From a virus: a stretch of 64,000 nucleotides of DNA. The notes beneath the pieces were generated by a model. It did not search any database. It was not told where the DNA came from and saw only the letters and a list, made by a program, of their open reading frames with translations. A program made the position numbers and the translations under genes. Where the stretch lies: positions 23,218-87,217 of IMG/VR virus record IMGVR_UViG_3300044213_000051; one strand, written 5' to 3'. This document shows, piece after piece, positions 9,310 through 19,331 of the stretch (the first letter of the stretch is position 1; the number at the start of each line of letters is the position of its first letter).

Positions 9310-10359
9310 TTACTTGATGTTGTTAAATACATGCATGTAGCGTTTAACAGAAGGGTCAATTACTTTCTCTTCAGTTAAAGTTTCTACAGGAGTGTCAGTT
9401 ACTACAGAACTAACTGTAGCTGCCTTGGTAGTGAAATAATTTTCACGAATTGTCTGAACTTTTGCAGCAAAAGTATCAGCGTCCTCATATGACAATTCTT
9501 CAGCTAGACCTTTTAGTTTCTCAACTTGAGTATCAGACAAACCAACACATGCTTCGCTTACTAGTTCAGCACGCTTCATTTCGCTGATTGATTTTTTCAA
9601 TTCAACGTTAGAAGCTAATTGTTCGTTTAACTTTTCTTCAAGTTCAGCAACACGATCTTCCATCTCAGCCATTACATCGAACTTCTCTTCAGGCATATCG
9701 ATATAATGTTCTTCGAAAAGACCTTTAAGTCCAGAAACGAATCCTTCGAGGATTTCGGACTTCATACCACGCTCAAGGGCTAATTCATTCTGTGCAATCC
9801 ACTGCTCGACAACGTAGTCGAGATATCCATCAACTTTTTCAACAAGACCCTCTTGATTCTGTGCCGCAGCTTCTTCTAGCTTGGCTTCGAATTCTTCTTC
9901 GATTCGTGCAACTTCAGCTTTTACACGAGCCATAACCGCAGCTTCAAAAATAGTAGCAGCTTTGGTTTTAAATTCTTCAGTAAGTTCTTCGCCATTCAAC
10001 ATAGCGTCGATATCTTCTTTCATACCAGCGATATGGCTTGCTTCTGGAGCAGACTCTTTATCGTTAGCTTTGTTCTTTTTCTTAGCTTGACCTTTAGCGA
10101 TTGCTTCGTCTTGGTCGCGAGCATCGTTACGAGCATTGTCAGGGTTTGCGTTTTCGCCTTGGGCTTTAACAGCGTCACCTTGACGAATAACATCTTCAGA
10201 TGGTTCGTTTTCGCTATTGCCAGTTGGCTCAGATTTGTTCATTTTTTCCAAATGATTTTCTTCTGCAGCAGAGGCATTAGCTGTTACGGGATTTGATTCG
10301 TCCAACTGGGCTTTGCGAGACTCAGCAAGCAACTCAGCGATTTTTTGTTCGATTGACAT
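9310..10359 (-). CDS. gp22: Prohead core scaffold protein
   Basis: LTEEFKTKAATIFEAAV, VDGYLDYVVEQW, coiled-coil and acidic; between gp21 and gp23. Confidence 0.93.
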   Translation of the reverse strand: MSIEQKIAELLAESRKAQLDESNPVTANASAAEENHLEKMNKSEPTGNSENEPSEDVIRQGDAVKAQGENANPDNARNDARDQDEAIAKGQAKKKNKANDKESAPEASHIAGMKEDIDAMLNGEELTEEFKTKAATIFEAAVMARVKAEVARIEEEFEAKLEEAAAQNQEGLVEKVDGYLDYVVEQWIAQNELALERGMKSEILEGFVSGLKGLFEEHYIDMPEEKFDVMAEMEDRVAELEEKLNEQLASNVELKKSISEMKRAELVSEACVGLSDTQVEKLKGLAEELSYEDADTFAAKVQTIRENYFTTKAATVSSVVTDTPVETLTEEKVIDPSVKRYMHVFNNIK

Positions 10360-10392
10360 CGTTTTCTCCTAACTGGATAAGTTCTATTTAAT

Positions 10393-10400
10393 TATTTATT
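10393..10400 (-). promoter_or_regulatory. Late promoter (AATAAATA) for gp22-gp23
   Basis: Intergenic late-box variant, followed by an AGGAG SD. Confidence 0.65.
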
Positions 10401-10402
10401 AT

Positions 10403-11056
10403 TTATCTGATTTTACTCAGGAAATTTTGGAAAGCACGAATTTTGGCTTCCTGTAAATTCTTAGAAGATGCGTTTCTAATTAAAGTCTTCGCTTCCTCAA
10501 TATTTCTCTCCACAAACTTTCCATCAACGAATACCCATTCTTTATTCTCCATAATACCACGTACGTAAGCATCTGGAGCAGATGGGTCGGCAACGATGTC
10601 TGCTGCAGTAGACAGCATAAAATCGTCCTGAACGACTTGGACACCTTCTTTGTTTAATCGAAGAGAACCTAGTGCTCGTGAAGACACGCCAAGATTCGCA
10701 CCACCTTCTAAAAGACCTTTAGCGATTTGACCCATTGGAGTATCTAAAATTTTGGCACGACCGATATAGTTAGTGCCTTCTTTACGCAAAGAAGTGATTA
10801 GGTGAGAAACACGATCTAAGTTAATAGATGGGTTTTCTGGATGACCCAATTCGCCGTAAGCACGGTTCTTCTCTACATATTCTTTAATGTAACGATCAAC
10901 TTCACGATCCATAACTGATTCTGGATACATGCGTCCGTTACGATTTTTTAATTCTGATTGAAGGAAAACACCTTCAATAAAATATTGTTTTGGTTTGCCT
11001 AACTTTTCTTCAACGATTACGTTGGAAGTTTCGACAACTTCTCTAATCAGTTTCAT
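10403..11056 (-). CDS. gp21: Prohead protease
   Basis: NRNGRMY, GELGHP, GVSSRALGS, DIVADPSAPDAYV. Confidence 0.96.
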   Translation of the reverse strand: MKLIREVVETSNVIVEEKLGKPKQYFIEGVFLQSELKNRNGRMYPESVMDREVDRYIKEYVEKNRAYGELGHPENPSINLDRVSHLITSLRKEGTNYIGRAKILDTPMGQIAKGLLEGGANLGVSSRALGSLRLNKEGVQVVQDDFMLSTAADIVADPSAPDAYVRGIMENKEWVFVDGKFVERNIEEAKTLIRNASSKNLQEAKIRAFQNFLSKIR

Positions 11057-11058
11057 TT

Positions 11059-11520
11059 TTATACCTTACCTGGAGAACCAGACTGAGTTGTTGAAGCACC
11101 AACGATAGTTGGATCATCGTAAGCACCGTAAGTAGCATTCTCAACTGTAGTATCCCAACCAGCAACTTTACGTAGTACTAGATAACCATTAACTGCTTTA
11201 GCAGCATCATTAACGATAACGATGTCAGCAGTGTTGTTTGTTGTATCAGACCAACCATTCTGAGTAAAATCGAAAAATGGTGCGTTTTCTGGAGCAGCTG
11301 AAATAATGTTCTTACCACTACGAGTAATTCTAGTGCCAGCCCCAAGTTCACCTGTGATCAAAACTTTAGTGATGTTCACTGTTGGCGCATCAGAGTTTCT
11401 TGCCTGAGTTGCGCAACCTAATGACGCAAGAGAAATAGTACCAGATTCAGCAGCGACTGTGTCGAAGTGAATAACTGTCTCTTGGTTTGTATTTTTAATT
11501 GTTGTGAATAAAACAGCCAT
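11059..11520 (-). CDS. Hypothetical head-cluster protein
   Basis: 153-aa ORF tightly packed between prohead genes, with structural-gene-like codon usage. Confidence 0.7.
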   Translation of the reverse strand: MAVLFTTIKNTNQETVIHFDTVAAESGTISLASLGCATQARNSDAPTVNITKVLITGELGAGTRITRSGKNIISAAPENAPFFDFTQNGWSDTTNNTADIVIVNDAAKAVNGYLVLRKVAGWDTTVENATYGAYDDPTIVGASTTQSGSPGKV

Positions 11521-11524
11521 TTGA

Positions 11525-12067
11525 TTATTCCTTAATCTTATTGATTACATAGAAAAAATTATTTTTTGATTCTCTCATGTATTCAACGACTTCTAAATTG
11601 TTTGCCAATAAATTATTTAGCTCTTGTTGTGTTTCTTCATTTATTGCAACAACAGTTCCATCAGCTAAAACATAATCAAGTTTATTTTCTATGATCGAAT
11701 CCAATTTGTTTAAAGCACGAATTTTTTGAACAACTGGATCTACTGTAAATAGTTTAGAAGAAGCAAGCTCTACGTATGATTCAATTAACTGTTCTGTAAC
11801 TTTAATGTCGTAATATTCTTTAATGATAGTAGCGATACGAGATTCAGACATCTCTTCGTATATTTCCTGAGCGACTTCTTTTTCTAAATTTTCTGAGTAA
11901 TGTTTATTCTTAACAAATATTCTTGCTTCTTCTAACTCTTTAAACTTTGTCTCTTCACCATCAATTAAGATAGAACCTTCGGTAGTCTTTTCAATAAGAC
12001 TACCAAAAGAACGGATCGACTCAGCGATTCCTGTTTTTAGAGATTTCTTAAACTGGGTAAAATACAT
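11525..12067 (-). CDS. Hypothetical head-cluster protein
   Basis: 180-aa ORF translationally coupled to the upstream gene. Confidence 0.7.
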   Translation of the reverse strand: MYFTQFKKSLKTGIAESIRSFGSLIEKTTEGSILIDGEETKFKELEEARIFVKNKHYSENLEKEVAQEIYEEMSESRIATIIKEYYDIKVTEQLIESYVELASSKLFTVDPVVQKIRALNKLDSIIENKLDYVLADGTVVAINEETQQELNNLLANNLEVVEYMRESKNNFFYVINKIKE

Positions 12068-12495
12068 TACTTGTTTAATTTTTTTAGTGTTAATGCTAAA
12101 CGAGCACGTTTCCCAGCTTTACCTGAGTCGTGTTCATGTTTGTGTTCATATTCAGAAGTAGATTCGCCAGCACGTTTTGCTGCACGAGTTAAAGCACCTG
12201 GATGTTTGATAGCACCCGCGATCCAATTTTTAGCTTCGTATACCAACTGTTGTTCTTCTTCATCCAAAACAGAAATTTCTTCTTCTGTTAAAGAAGTAAT
12301 AGCAAGCATTTCTTCTTCTGATAGATCGAAACTTTCTTCAACAACTGGAGTAGTGAACATACTCTTAGCCATATCAATGCGCATATCATCTAAACGAGCA
12401 GCAATTTTTTCTGCCATTGCAGCGTTAAATGATGTTTCAATAGCATCAGCATTACCACTTGCCAGTGCGCTTACTAAATTTTTAGTTGCTTCCAT
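12067..12495 (-). CDS. Prohead core protein (gp67-like N-terminus) with basic C-terminal module
   Basis: Directly after portal; helical N-terminus F..AM..KI..RLD, acidic linker, then KNWIAGAIKHPGALT. Confidence 0.65.
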   Translation of the reverse strand: MEATKNLVSALASGNADAIETSFNAAMAEKIAARLDDMRIDMAKSMFTTPVVEESFDLSEEEMLAITSLTEEEISVLDEEEQQLVYEAKNWIAGAIKHPGALTRAAKRAGESTSEYEHKHEHDSGKAGKRARLALTLKKLNK

Positions 12496-14096
12496 TATTT
12501 ACTCCCTTTGTTATTACCGTTAGTTTGCTGTGGTGGTTCAGGTTCTAAATTTGGATCAGGAATAGCATTCTGAACCGCATAATTCTGAGCAGCCACTTGT
12601 TGAACACCTTGAATTTGACCTTCGTGTTCAGCGAAACTTAGTTGTTCATCACGATCTTCTTCCATTTCACTTTCCATCTGTTCGATGTCATCATCAGTTT
12701 GCATTAATACATTTTTACGAACCCACATTGAAGAATAGTATCTACCAATGTATGGTTCAATTTGTTGTAAAGCAGCGATTCTCTGCAACAAAATTTCATT
12801 GTCTTTTAATTCAGAGAAATGATTATCTTCTTGATAATCATAATAGATTGAATCTTCAACCTGTTCCCACTCATCAGCAGCAATAATACCTTTAGCGATA
12901 AGTTGTACTCTTAAAGCACCGCTAAACAAATATGAAAATTTCTTACGAATACGATTGATGAACTTATTAAACTTAATTTCATCACGTGTAATTTCAGTGC
13001 TACGACCAAGAGCAAAACCAGATGACTCTTGTAGTCTAGACAATGGCACATTAAGTGCTTGATATAACTTCTTCTGGAAATACTGAATATCTTCAATATC
13101 GCCAAGATTCTGTCCACCTGGAAGTGTTGTAATTTCTGTACCTTTACCACCTTCACGACGTGGCATCCAGAAATCTTCCATCATACTTAAGTGACGACGA
13201 TCGTCACGAACTTCACCAGTGGTAGCATCATAAACAATCTTATTACGGAACTTATTCATAATGTCCGCAACATATTGTTCAGCTTTAATCTTTGGTAAGT
13301 TACCTACGTCTACATAGAATACACGTCTTTCAGGAGCACGTGAAATACGATAGATAACAACCGCATCTTCAATCATTTTTAACTGGTTCGTTGGCTTAAT
13401 TGCTTTATGCAAATAAGACATCATAATACCAGTGTTATTGTCTATCAAACCAGATGGTGCATAGACAATAGAATCTAGTGACATTTTAATACCCTGAGTA
13501 GATGCCTCAGTAATACCTTTGTCGTTATAAATGTAGTATTCTTCTACTTTCTTTACAACTTCAATACCCTTTGCGTCTTTCTGTTTGTCAATCGTTTTAA
13601 CTTTGCGGATTTTTCTTGGGTCCACATAACGCATTTCTTGAATACCAGCTTTGGGATTCTTTGGGTCTATCAATACATTATAATACAAACGACCATCTAC
13701 GTACCAATTCTTAAATATATCATGGCCACGATGGTCGAATTTTAATAACTTTAATATGTAAGCAAATTCTTCACGAATTTTACTTTTAATTTTTTCCGAT
13801 ACGTCTAATTTATCAAGATTAATTTTAACCGTGCTATCATCGTTTTCAGAAATAATCGCTTCATTGATAATGTCCTCAATAGCCATATCACAATCGGCAT
13901 ATTGAGAAACTTCTCTATATCTACGAATAAGGTCGTTTTCGTTCTTGATAATTGTATCAAGATCCATAACCATACCGTAGTATGACGCAGTTGATGCGGA
14001 TACTACGGTTGATCCATCTTCGGATGTTGGAGGTATTACGCTACCAACATCACGAATTTCGTCCTTACGTTTTATTTCAAAACCAAATAATTGCAT
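12495..14096 (-). CDS. gp20: Portal vertex protein
   Basis: WYVDGRLY, YLHKAIKP.NQLKMIEDAVVIYRISRAPERRVFYVDVGNLP, EDFWMPRREGGKGTEI. Confidence 0.98.
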   Translation of the reverse strand: MQLFGFEIKRKDEIRDVGSVIPPTSEDGSTVVSASTASYYGMVMDLDTIIKNENDLIRRYREVSQYADCDMAIEDIINEAIISENDDSTVKINLDKLDVSEKIKSKIREEFAYILKLLKFDHRGHDIFKNWYVDGRLYYNVLIDPKNPKAGIQEMRYVDPRKIRKVKTIDKQKDAKGIEVVKKVEEYYIYNDKGITEASTQGIKMSLDSIVYAPSGLIDNNTGIMMSYLHKAIKPTNQLKMIEDAVVIYRISRAPERRVFYVDVGNLPKIKAEQYVADIMNKFRNKIVYDATTGEVRDDRRHLSMMEDFWMPRREGGKGTEITTLPGGQNLGDIEDIQYFQKKLYQALNVPLSRLQESSGFALGRSTEITRDEIKFNKFINRIRKKFSYLFSGALRVQLIAKGIIAADEWEQVEDSIYYDYQEDNHFSELKDNEILLQRIAALQQIEPYIGRYYSSMWVRKNVLMQTDDDIEQMESEMEEDRDEQLSFAEHEGQIQGVQQVAAQNYAVQNAIPDPNLEPEPPQQTNGNNKGSK

Positions 14097-14117
14097 AATT
14101 AAATTTTCAAGTTAATA

Positions 14118-14714
14118 TTAAACTGGGATTGGGAAAGTGCCAATCGGAGTGCTTACGCTAGCATTCAATCCAAATCCGTTAGTACCGCTTGCAACATCAG
14201 ATACGAAGTAGTTGTATTGGAACTCAACATCAAACTGTTCGATCTGGTTTTGTTGGTCAAAATCTAATGCGATTGGACCAATGTTAACAGGGAAAGCATC
14301 GTGGAATGTGTAAGTCTTAATAACATTACCAGCACGATCTAATTGACGAATGTTCAAGTCAACTTGATAGTCACGTGGGTTAGTGATACCGTCCGTGCTA
14401 GCATAGTTTTGAATACCATTCTGCCATTGTTCAAACGCATTACGGATGTTGAAAGAAACATCGTTGTAAATTGTTACAGTCCATGGTGCGTAGTTACGTT
14501 CACCAGCGAAGTTCACTGGACGACCACGATAAAGAACAGAGATGTTCTCGATAGTGGAAGCAGGCATCTGAGCAGCTTTACATAAAAACTGCGCACGAGT
14601 ACCAGCGATTACACCCAATGGAACAAACGATGGGAATGTTAACTCTGCTCTAAACTGGTTAGGGCGAGCACCACCCCCAAGCATCTGGGCTTTAAAATCA
14701 GCAATATTTGCCAT
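14118..14714 (-). CDS. gp19: Tail tube protein
   Basis: GGARPNQF, FLCKAAQMP, WTVTIYND, QLDRAG, IEQFDVEFQY. Confidence 0.95.
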   Translation of the reverse strand: MANIADFKAQMLGGGARPNQFRAELTFPSFVPLGVIAGTRAQFLCKAAQMPASTIENISVLYRGRPVNFAGERNYAPWTVTIYNDVSFNIRNAFEQWQNGIQNYASTDGITNPRDYQVDLNIRQLDRAGNVIKTYTFHDAFPVNIGPIALDFDQQNQIEQFDVEFQYNYFVSDVASGTNGFGLNASVSTPIGTFPIPV

Positions 14715-14739
14715 TTAATTCTCCTTTATTGTTCTTTAC

Positions 14740-14747
14740 TATTTAGC
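14740..14747 (-). promoter_or_regulatory. Late promoter (GCTAAATA) for gp19
   Basis: Intergenic late-box variant upstream of the AAGGAG SD. Confidence 0.65.
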
Positions 14748-14749
14748 TC

Positions 14750-16915
14750 TTATGCGCCAATTTCTGAGAAATTAACACCAGTACGGGCAGCCACAAAGTT
14801 AAGAGTAATGTAGTTGATAGAACGAGCTGGCTTAATAAAGATATCAGCAACGAATTGGTTCTCGTCGATAATCTGAGGAGTGTTGTTAGTGCTATCACAC
14901 TTAACAACGAAGTCAGTAATACCACGGCGACCTTGAACGTCGCGTAGGAATGGTTCTACCAAGTTCTTAAATTGAGCTTGAGTGAATGGGTCGTTAAATT
15001 CAAACAACTGGAATTTAGCAGCTGTAGCAATTGCTTTTTCAAGAACAATAAACAGACGACGCACGTTGATACGATCAAACGCACTTGGCTTAGCCAACAT
15101 AGTTTTATCGCCGAACAATACAGTACCTTGTCCTGGGAAAGTAACAACTGGGTTAATTCCAGCGTTGTAAAGATTGTCGCGATCTGTTTTATTTGGTTGA
15201 ACAGCAAGTTTAACAACGTTCTTAATTTGACCACGATTTAAACCACCTGGAGAATACCATGGGTCATTAGTCAAATCAGTACGAGCGCACAAACCAGCGA
15301 TATCGCCATTCAATGGAACCCAACGATATGTGTCGCTGTAACGATCGTATTGATATTTATAACCTGAATCAAGAACAGCATAAGAAGTGCTTGGTAGCGC
15401 ATTGCGATACGCAACTAACTCATTAACAGCATTAGCTTGTTGTTGATTGTTAGTAATCAAGCTGCCATCAGTAACGTTCTCTGGTGATAGGAATGCCACG
15501 CAATCAGCACGACTTTCAACCATAGCGATAACTGCTTCTGCCACAGCAACTGAAGCTGGACCAACTGGAACTAAAGAGATGTCATACAAAGTAGCATCGC
15601 CGTAAAGATTCCAAGCAGTAATTGTTTGACCATCAGTAGCAATAATATCATCAACACCACCACTTAATACTGTTGTAATTGGAGCAACAGCATTGAACGC
15701 ATGGTTAAGAGCTGGAACACCCCAAGTTGCGCCAACTGGATGATCCATCCACCAGATGAATTTTGAGCTGCTGTTTAATACGTTTTTGTAGTAGTTGTTT
15801 GAACCATCTGCGTTCTTAGCATCAGATGCTTTAGAAACATAAGCAAATTTTTCTAGAACAGAACCTGCTTGACCAGTCCAACGACCATCATTGTCAATAA
15901 TAACAATGTGCATTTCGTCATTTGAACCACCAACACTAGCAACATACTCAGATGTTGTAGGAGCAGATTGGAAATAACCAGCATATGCCCAAGTAGCAAA
16001 ATCTGAAGTGCCAGAGCAAACAGAAACTAATAGAGAGTTACCTAGTGTTCCTGGATATTTCGCAGCGAATGGACCAACAACACCTTCACCATCGATCCAG
16101 TTATTGATGTAATCGTTTTCGTTTAGAACTTTAACACCGCCAACAACGATAGTAGCATCAGCAACAGCACCAGTACCAGCACCACCAGTTATAACTACTG
16201 TTGGGTTGTTAATGTAACCAGTTCCTGGATTTGTAATTGTGATACGAGAGATAGAAGATGTTGCGATACTTACAACACCAACAGTTGCGCCAGTACCAGT
16301 ACCAGTAATAGTTACTGTTGGGCGAGTTACGTAACCTGAACCACCATTAGTAATAACGATACCAGTGATAGCACCAGCAACGATAGTTGCAGTACCAGTA
16401 GCTTGAACACCACCTGGAATTGTTGGAGCAGAGAAGCTAATTGTTGCGTTGCTATAACCAGAACCACCAGCAGCGATAGTTACGGCAGTAACTGCACCAC
16501 CAGTCAAGAATGCTGAAGCAGTAGCTTGTGTACCACCAGCTTCATCTGGAGCAGATAATGTTACAGTTGGGTTAGTTGTATAACCAGAACCAGCATTGTC
16601 TAAGTTAATAGCAGAAACTGAACCCGATTGGATCGCAACAGCGTTTCTGTGATTAACAGTGTCAATACGAGTAACCAATAGGTTGCTTGCATACGACAAG
16701 AAATTTGCGGCAGTAAACCATGACTGAGCATTGTCAGCAAATGGGCGACCGAAACGACTAACTAACTCGTTTTCGGAACTAATTGTCACAGGTTGAAGAA
16801 CTGGACCCCATACAAAAGTTCCAACAGTTGCGCCAGCAGAAGTTGATACAGCTGGAATGATGGAAGTGAAGTCTTTTTCTACGACTGCAACGCCAGGACT
16901 TAATTGAAAAGGCAT
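14750..16915 (-). CDS. gp18: Tail sheath protein with inserted Gly-rich beta modules
   Basis: LSPGVAVVEKD, PWYSPGG, FGDKT, FDRINVRRLF, FIKPARSINYI. Confidence 0.97.
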   Translation of the reverse strand: MPFQLSPGVAVVEKDFTSIIPAVSTSAGATVGTFVWGPVLQPVTISSENELVSRFGRPFADNAQSWFTAANFLSYASNLLVTRIDTVNHRNAVAIQSGSVSAINLDNAGSGYTTNPTVTLSAPDEAGGTQATASAFLTGGAVTAVTIAAGGSGYSNATISFSAPTIPGGVQATGTATIVAGAITGIVITNGGSGYVTRPTVTITGTGTGATVGVVSIATSSISRITITNPGTGYINNPTVVITGGAGTGAVADATIVVGGVKVLNENDYINNWIDGEGVVGPFAAKYPGTLGNSLLVSVCSGTSDFATWAYAGYFQSAPTTSEYVASVGGSNDEMHIVIIDNDGRWTGQAGSVLEKFAYVSKASDAKNADGSNNYYKNVLNSSSKFIWWMDHPVGATWGVPALNHAFNAVAPITTVLSGGVDDIIATDGQTITAWNLYGDATLYDISLVPVGPASVAVAEAVIAMVESRADCVAFLSPENVTDGSLITNNQQQANAVNELVAYRNALPSTSYAVLDSGYKYQYDRYSDTYRWVPLNGDIAGLCARTDLTNDPWYSPGGLNRGQIKNVVKLAVQPNKTDRDNLYNAGINPVVTFPGQGTVLFGDKTMLAKPSAFDRINVRRLFIVLEKAIATAAKFQLFEFNDPFTQAQFKNLVEPFLRDVQGRRGITDFVVKCDSTNNTPQIIDENQFVADIFIKPARSINYITLNFVAARTGVNFSEIGA

Positions 16916-16975
16916 TGTAATTCTCCTTATTACGTTATTCTATTTTGCTTCGAGGAGCACTTGAAAGCACTAATT

Positions 16976-16983
16976 TATTTATT
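16976..16983 (-). promoter_or_regulatory. Late promoter (AATAAATA) for gp18
   Basis: Intergenic late-box variant. Confidence 0.65.
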
Positions 16984-16995
16984 GAAAACCTAATT

Positions 16996-18573
16996 TCAGA
17001 AGTTCAATAAGTTCTCTTTTTCTATTCCATCATCTATAAAACCAAATGGGGTCAATTCTTCCTCCATGGCTTGAATCTTTTTCTCGTACATTAATTGTCT
17101 TAGATTTATATTATTTAGCTCTTTAAAATAACTCGTACTTGTGAGCCAAGAGAACAAAACGCAACACATAACCAAGTCATCGTGGTATCCATCATCTGCT
17201 TTGTATGTACCTTTGGTTTCAATAAAGGTTGATATTTCAGAGATAATATCTGGATCTTCGATGATAAATTTGTTTTCTTCAACTAATGCTTTGAAATTAT
17301 GACAACCTGTGCGCTTAACTTTTTTATCAGTTTGTACACCAAGTTGCGTTTTACCACCACCAAAACCACCCGAAACTGTCTGAGACTGTGTAGTTCTGTT
17401 TACGAAAATTATGTTCTCATACTCCAATTCGTTATGTAAAATGTACGGAACTTGCTCACTAAAGTTGGTTTCGACCAATACCCATGCTTCATTAAATTGT
17501 TTTCCAACGTGAGCAATTACGTTTGGATACATCAATGGGCTAATAGTTGTATTTTTATATTTACCAACCAATCTGTATGGAGCTTCAGTGATATCAGCAA
17601 TCACGAATGCTGAAGCATCACCACCAACACCTTCTGCCGTATCAGCAACAATAACATAACTGTGCCCTTTCTTTGGATTTTCATAAAGATCTAAACCATC
17701 TTTACTAAACACAGTTACAGCTGTTGACATTTTGGCAATAACGTCAGCATTAATAAGCGTCAAACTAGAACCAAGGAATTTACATAATACTTCTTGGTTA
17801 TATTTTAATTCGCCCAACATTCCTTTCTGTTCAGCTGCCCATTTCTCATCACGTCCTGGAATTTTCCAGTATGGAATGTACAATGGAACGAACCCATTTC
17901 TACCTTTTTCTGCGTCGTTCCAGAATTTCCAGAAGTGATTATAACCAAGTGGTGTTGAACTTAAAAGAATTTTAGTTGTTTCACCAGCAGAAATTGTAGG
18001 ATAAACTGAAGTAAAGAACTGCTCAGCAACAGTATTAGGAATAATCGCAGCCTCGTCAACATATAAAAGGTTAACAGATTTACCTCGAATACCACTAGCA
18101 GAAGTCGCAGCAGTAAATACTTTTGATCCATTTTCGAGTTCTACGTCACCCTTGTTCCAAGTAGTGACCCCTTGTTTTAGCCAGTTAGGTAAATGTTCAA
18201 ACATTAATTGATAACGATCTAAAACTTCACGAGCAGCTGTAGCTTTGTTTGCCAGAATAGCTACGTTCTTATTTTCTTGGAAGTTTGTGTACCACAAAAT
18301 ATAAGCAGCAGATGTAGTTGTTTTACCCTGCTGACGACCTTCCATAAGAATAACCCTACGATTTTCGTGGATTACTTTAACCTTATCTCGTTGGCAATCA
18401 TATAACTTAAATGGTATTAATCCGTGGTCAAGTGAAACAATTTTACAATAATTTTCAATAAAATATATTGGATCCTGGGAACATTTAACCCATTCTTCAA
18501 TTTGTTCTTGTGTGAATTGAACTGCCACATTGGCAGCTTTCAGGTTCACATTTGCATTATAAATTTGTGCCAT
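16996..18573 (-). CDS. gp17: Terminase large subunit
   Basis: RQQGKTT Walker A, YVDEAA Walker B, SSTP, nuclease motifs DTAEG and HDDLVM. Confidence 0.97.
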   Translation of the reverse strand: MAQIYNANVNLKAANVAVQFTQEQIEEWVKCSQDPIYFIENYCKIVSLDHGLIPFKLYDCQRDKVKVIHENRRVILMEGRQQGKTTTSAAYILWYTNFQENKNVAILANKATAAREVLDRYQLMFEHLPNWLKQGVTTWNKGDVELENGSKVFTAATSASGIRGKSVNLLYVDEAAIIPNTVAEQFFTSVYPTISAGETTKILLSSTPLGYNHFWKFWNDAEKGRNGFVPLYIPYWKIPGRDEKWAAEQKGMLGELKYNQEVLCKFLGSSLTLINADVIAKMSTAVTVFSKDGLDLYENPKKGHSYVIVADTAEGVGGDASAFVIADITEAPYRLVGKYKNTTISPLMYPNVIAHVGKQFNEAWVLVETNFSEQVPYILHNELEYENIIFVNRTTQSQTVSGGFGGGKTQLGVQTDKKVKRTGCHNFKALVEENKFIIEDPDIISEISTFIETKGTYKADDGYHDDLVMCCVLFSWLTSTSYFKELNNINLRQLMYEKKIQAMEEELTPFGFIDDGIEKENLLNF

Positions 18574-18575
18574 GA

Positions 18576-19331
18576 TTAAAAATTAGTTGTCCAGTCTTCT
18601 TGACTAACTGTGGCATTAACCACATTTCCTGTTGCCGTATAAACTCTATTCGGAGCACTAAAATCTTTATTTTCTCCGATATTCGCATCAACCTTAGTAA
18701 TAATACCTTGACCAGTAACAGGTCCAAATAGATTTAGTTTCATTTCAAAATTAAGTGTATGTGTTACGTATCTTCTATCTTGAAAATCGCCATCATATTC
18801 GTCTACAACAGAAACGCTATTTAAGATAACAGGAACAGGCATCGTAACTCCCAACTCTGGTACCATCTCTACTTGCATAGTATATTCTGGTGTGAATGTT
18901 GGAAGAATCTGTTCAATAATCTGCATACCGTCTTCTTGTGTTTTAGTAATAACATAAAGAGAGATGTCTAGATTATACGGAACAGGTGTGTATGCTGTCG
19001 ATAAATTGTTCGCATTGGTTGTATCTGTTGCTGTAATTTTATTCATACGATTAACCTTACGAGTTGAATCGTAAACATACCCAATAATTTCAAATGACAT
19101 TCTTGGCAACGTAACCATTGTTACATTATTTTCTATGTCTGGTTGCTGATCAATACGAACTAACCATTTCTCTTTCGGAGCATACGAAATTGGAATTTGT
19201 AAACGCTGAACAGTTGTTCCGTTAACAGAATCACCCTGTTTACGATCGATGTAAATGCTGCTGAACAAACGACCGAACGAAACGATCGCTTTTCTTATCG
19301 AGCCATGGTAATAAACATTTCCGCCAAGCAT
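18576..19331 (-). CDS. gp15: Tail sheath stabiliser/terminator
   Basis: FGRLFSSI, PISYAPKEKW, TLPRMSFE, QIIEQILPTF. Confidence 0.95.
   Translation of the reverse strand: MLGGNVYYHGSIRKAIVSFGRLFSSIYIDRKQGDSVNGTTVQRLQIPISYAPKEKWLVRIDQQPDIENNVTMVTLPRMSFEIIGYVYDSTRKVNRMNKITATDTTNANNLSTAYTPVPYNLDISLYVITKTQEDGMQIIEQILPTFTPEYTMQVEMVPELGVTMPVPVILNSVSVVDEYDGDFQDRRYVTHTLNFEMKLNLFGPVTGQGIITKVDANIGENKDFSAPNRVYTATGNVVNATVSQEDWTTNF

Noticed and set aside
5404-18573. Introns, inteins or homing endonucleases in core genes
   Set aside because: uvsW, gp23, gp20 and gp17 are uninterrupted and of normal length; no HNH, GIY-YIG or LAGLIDADG ORF recognised.
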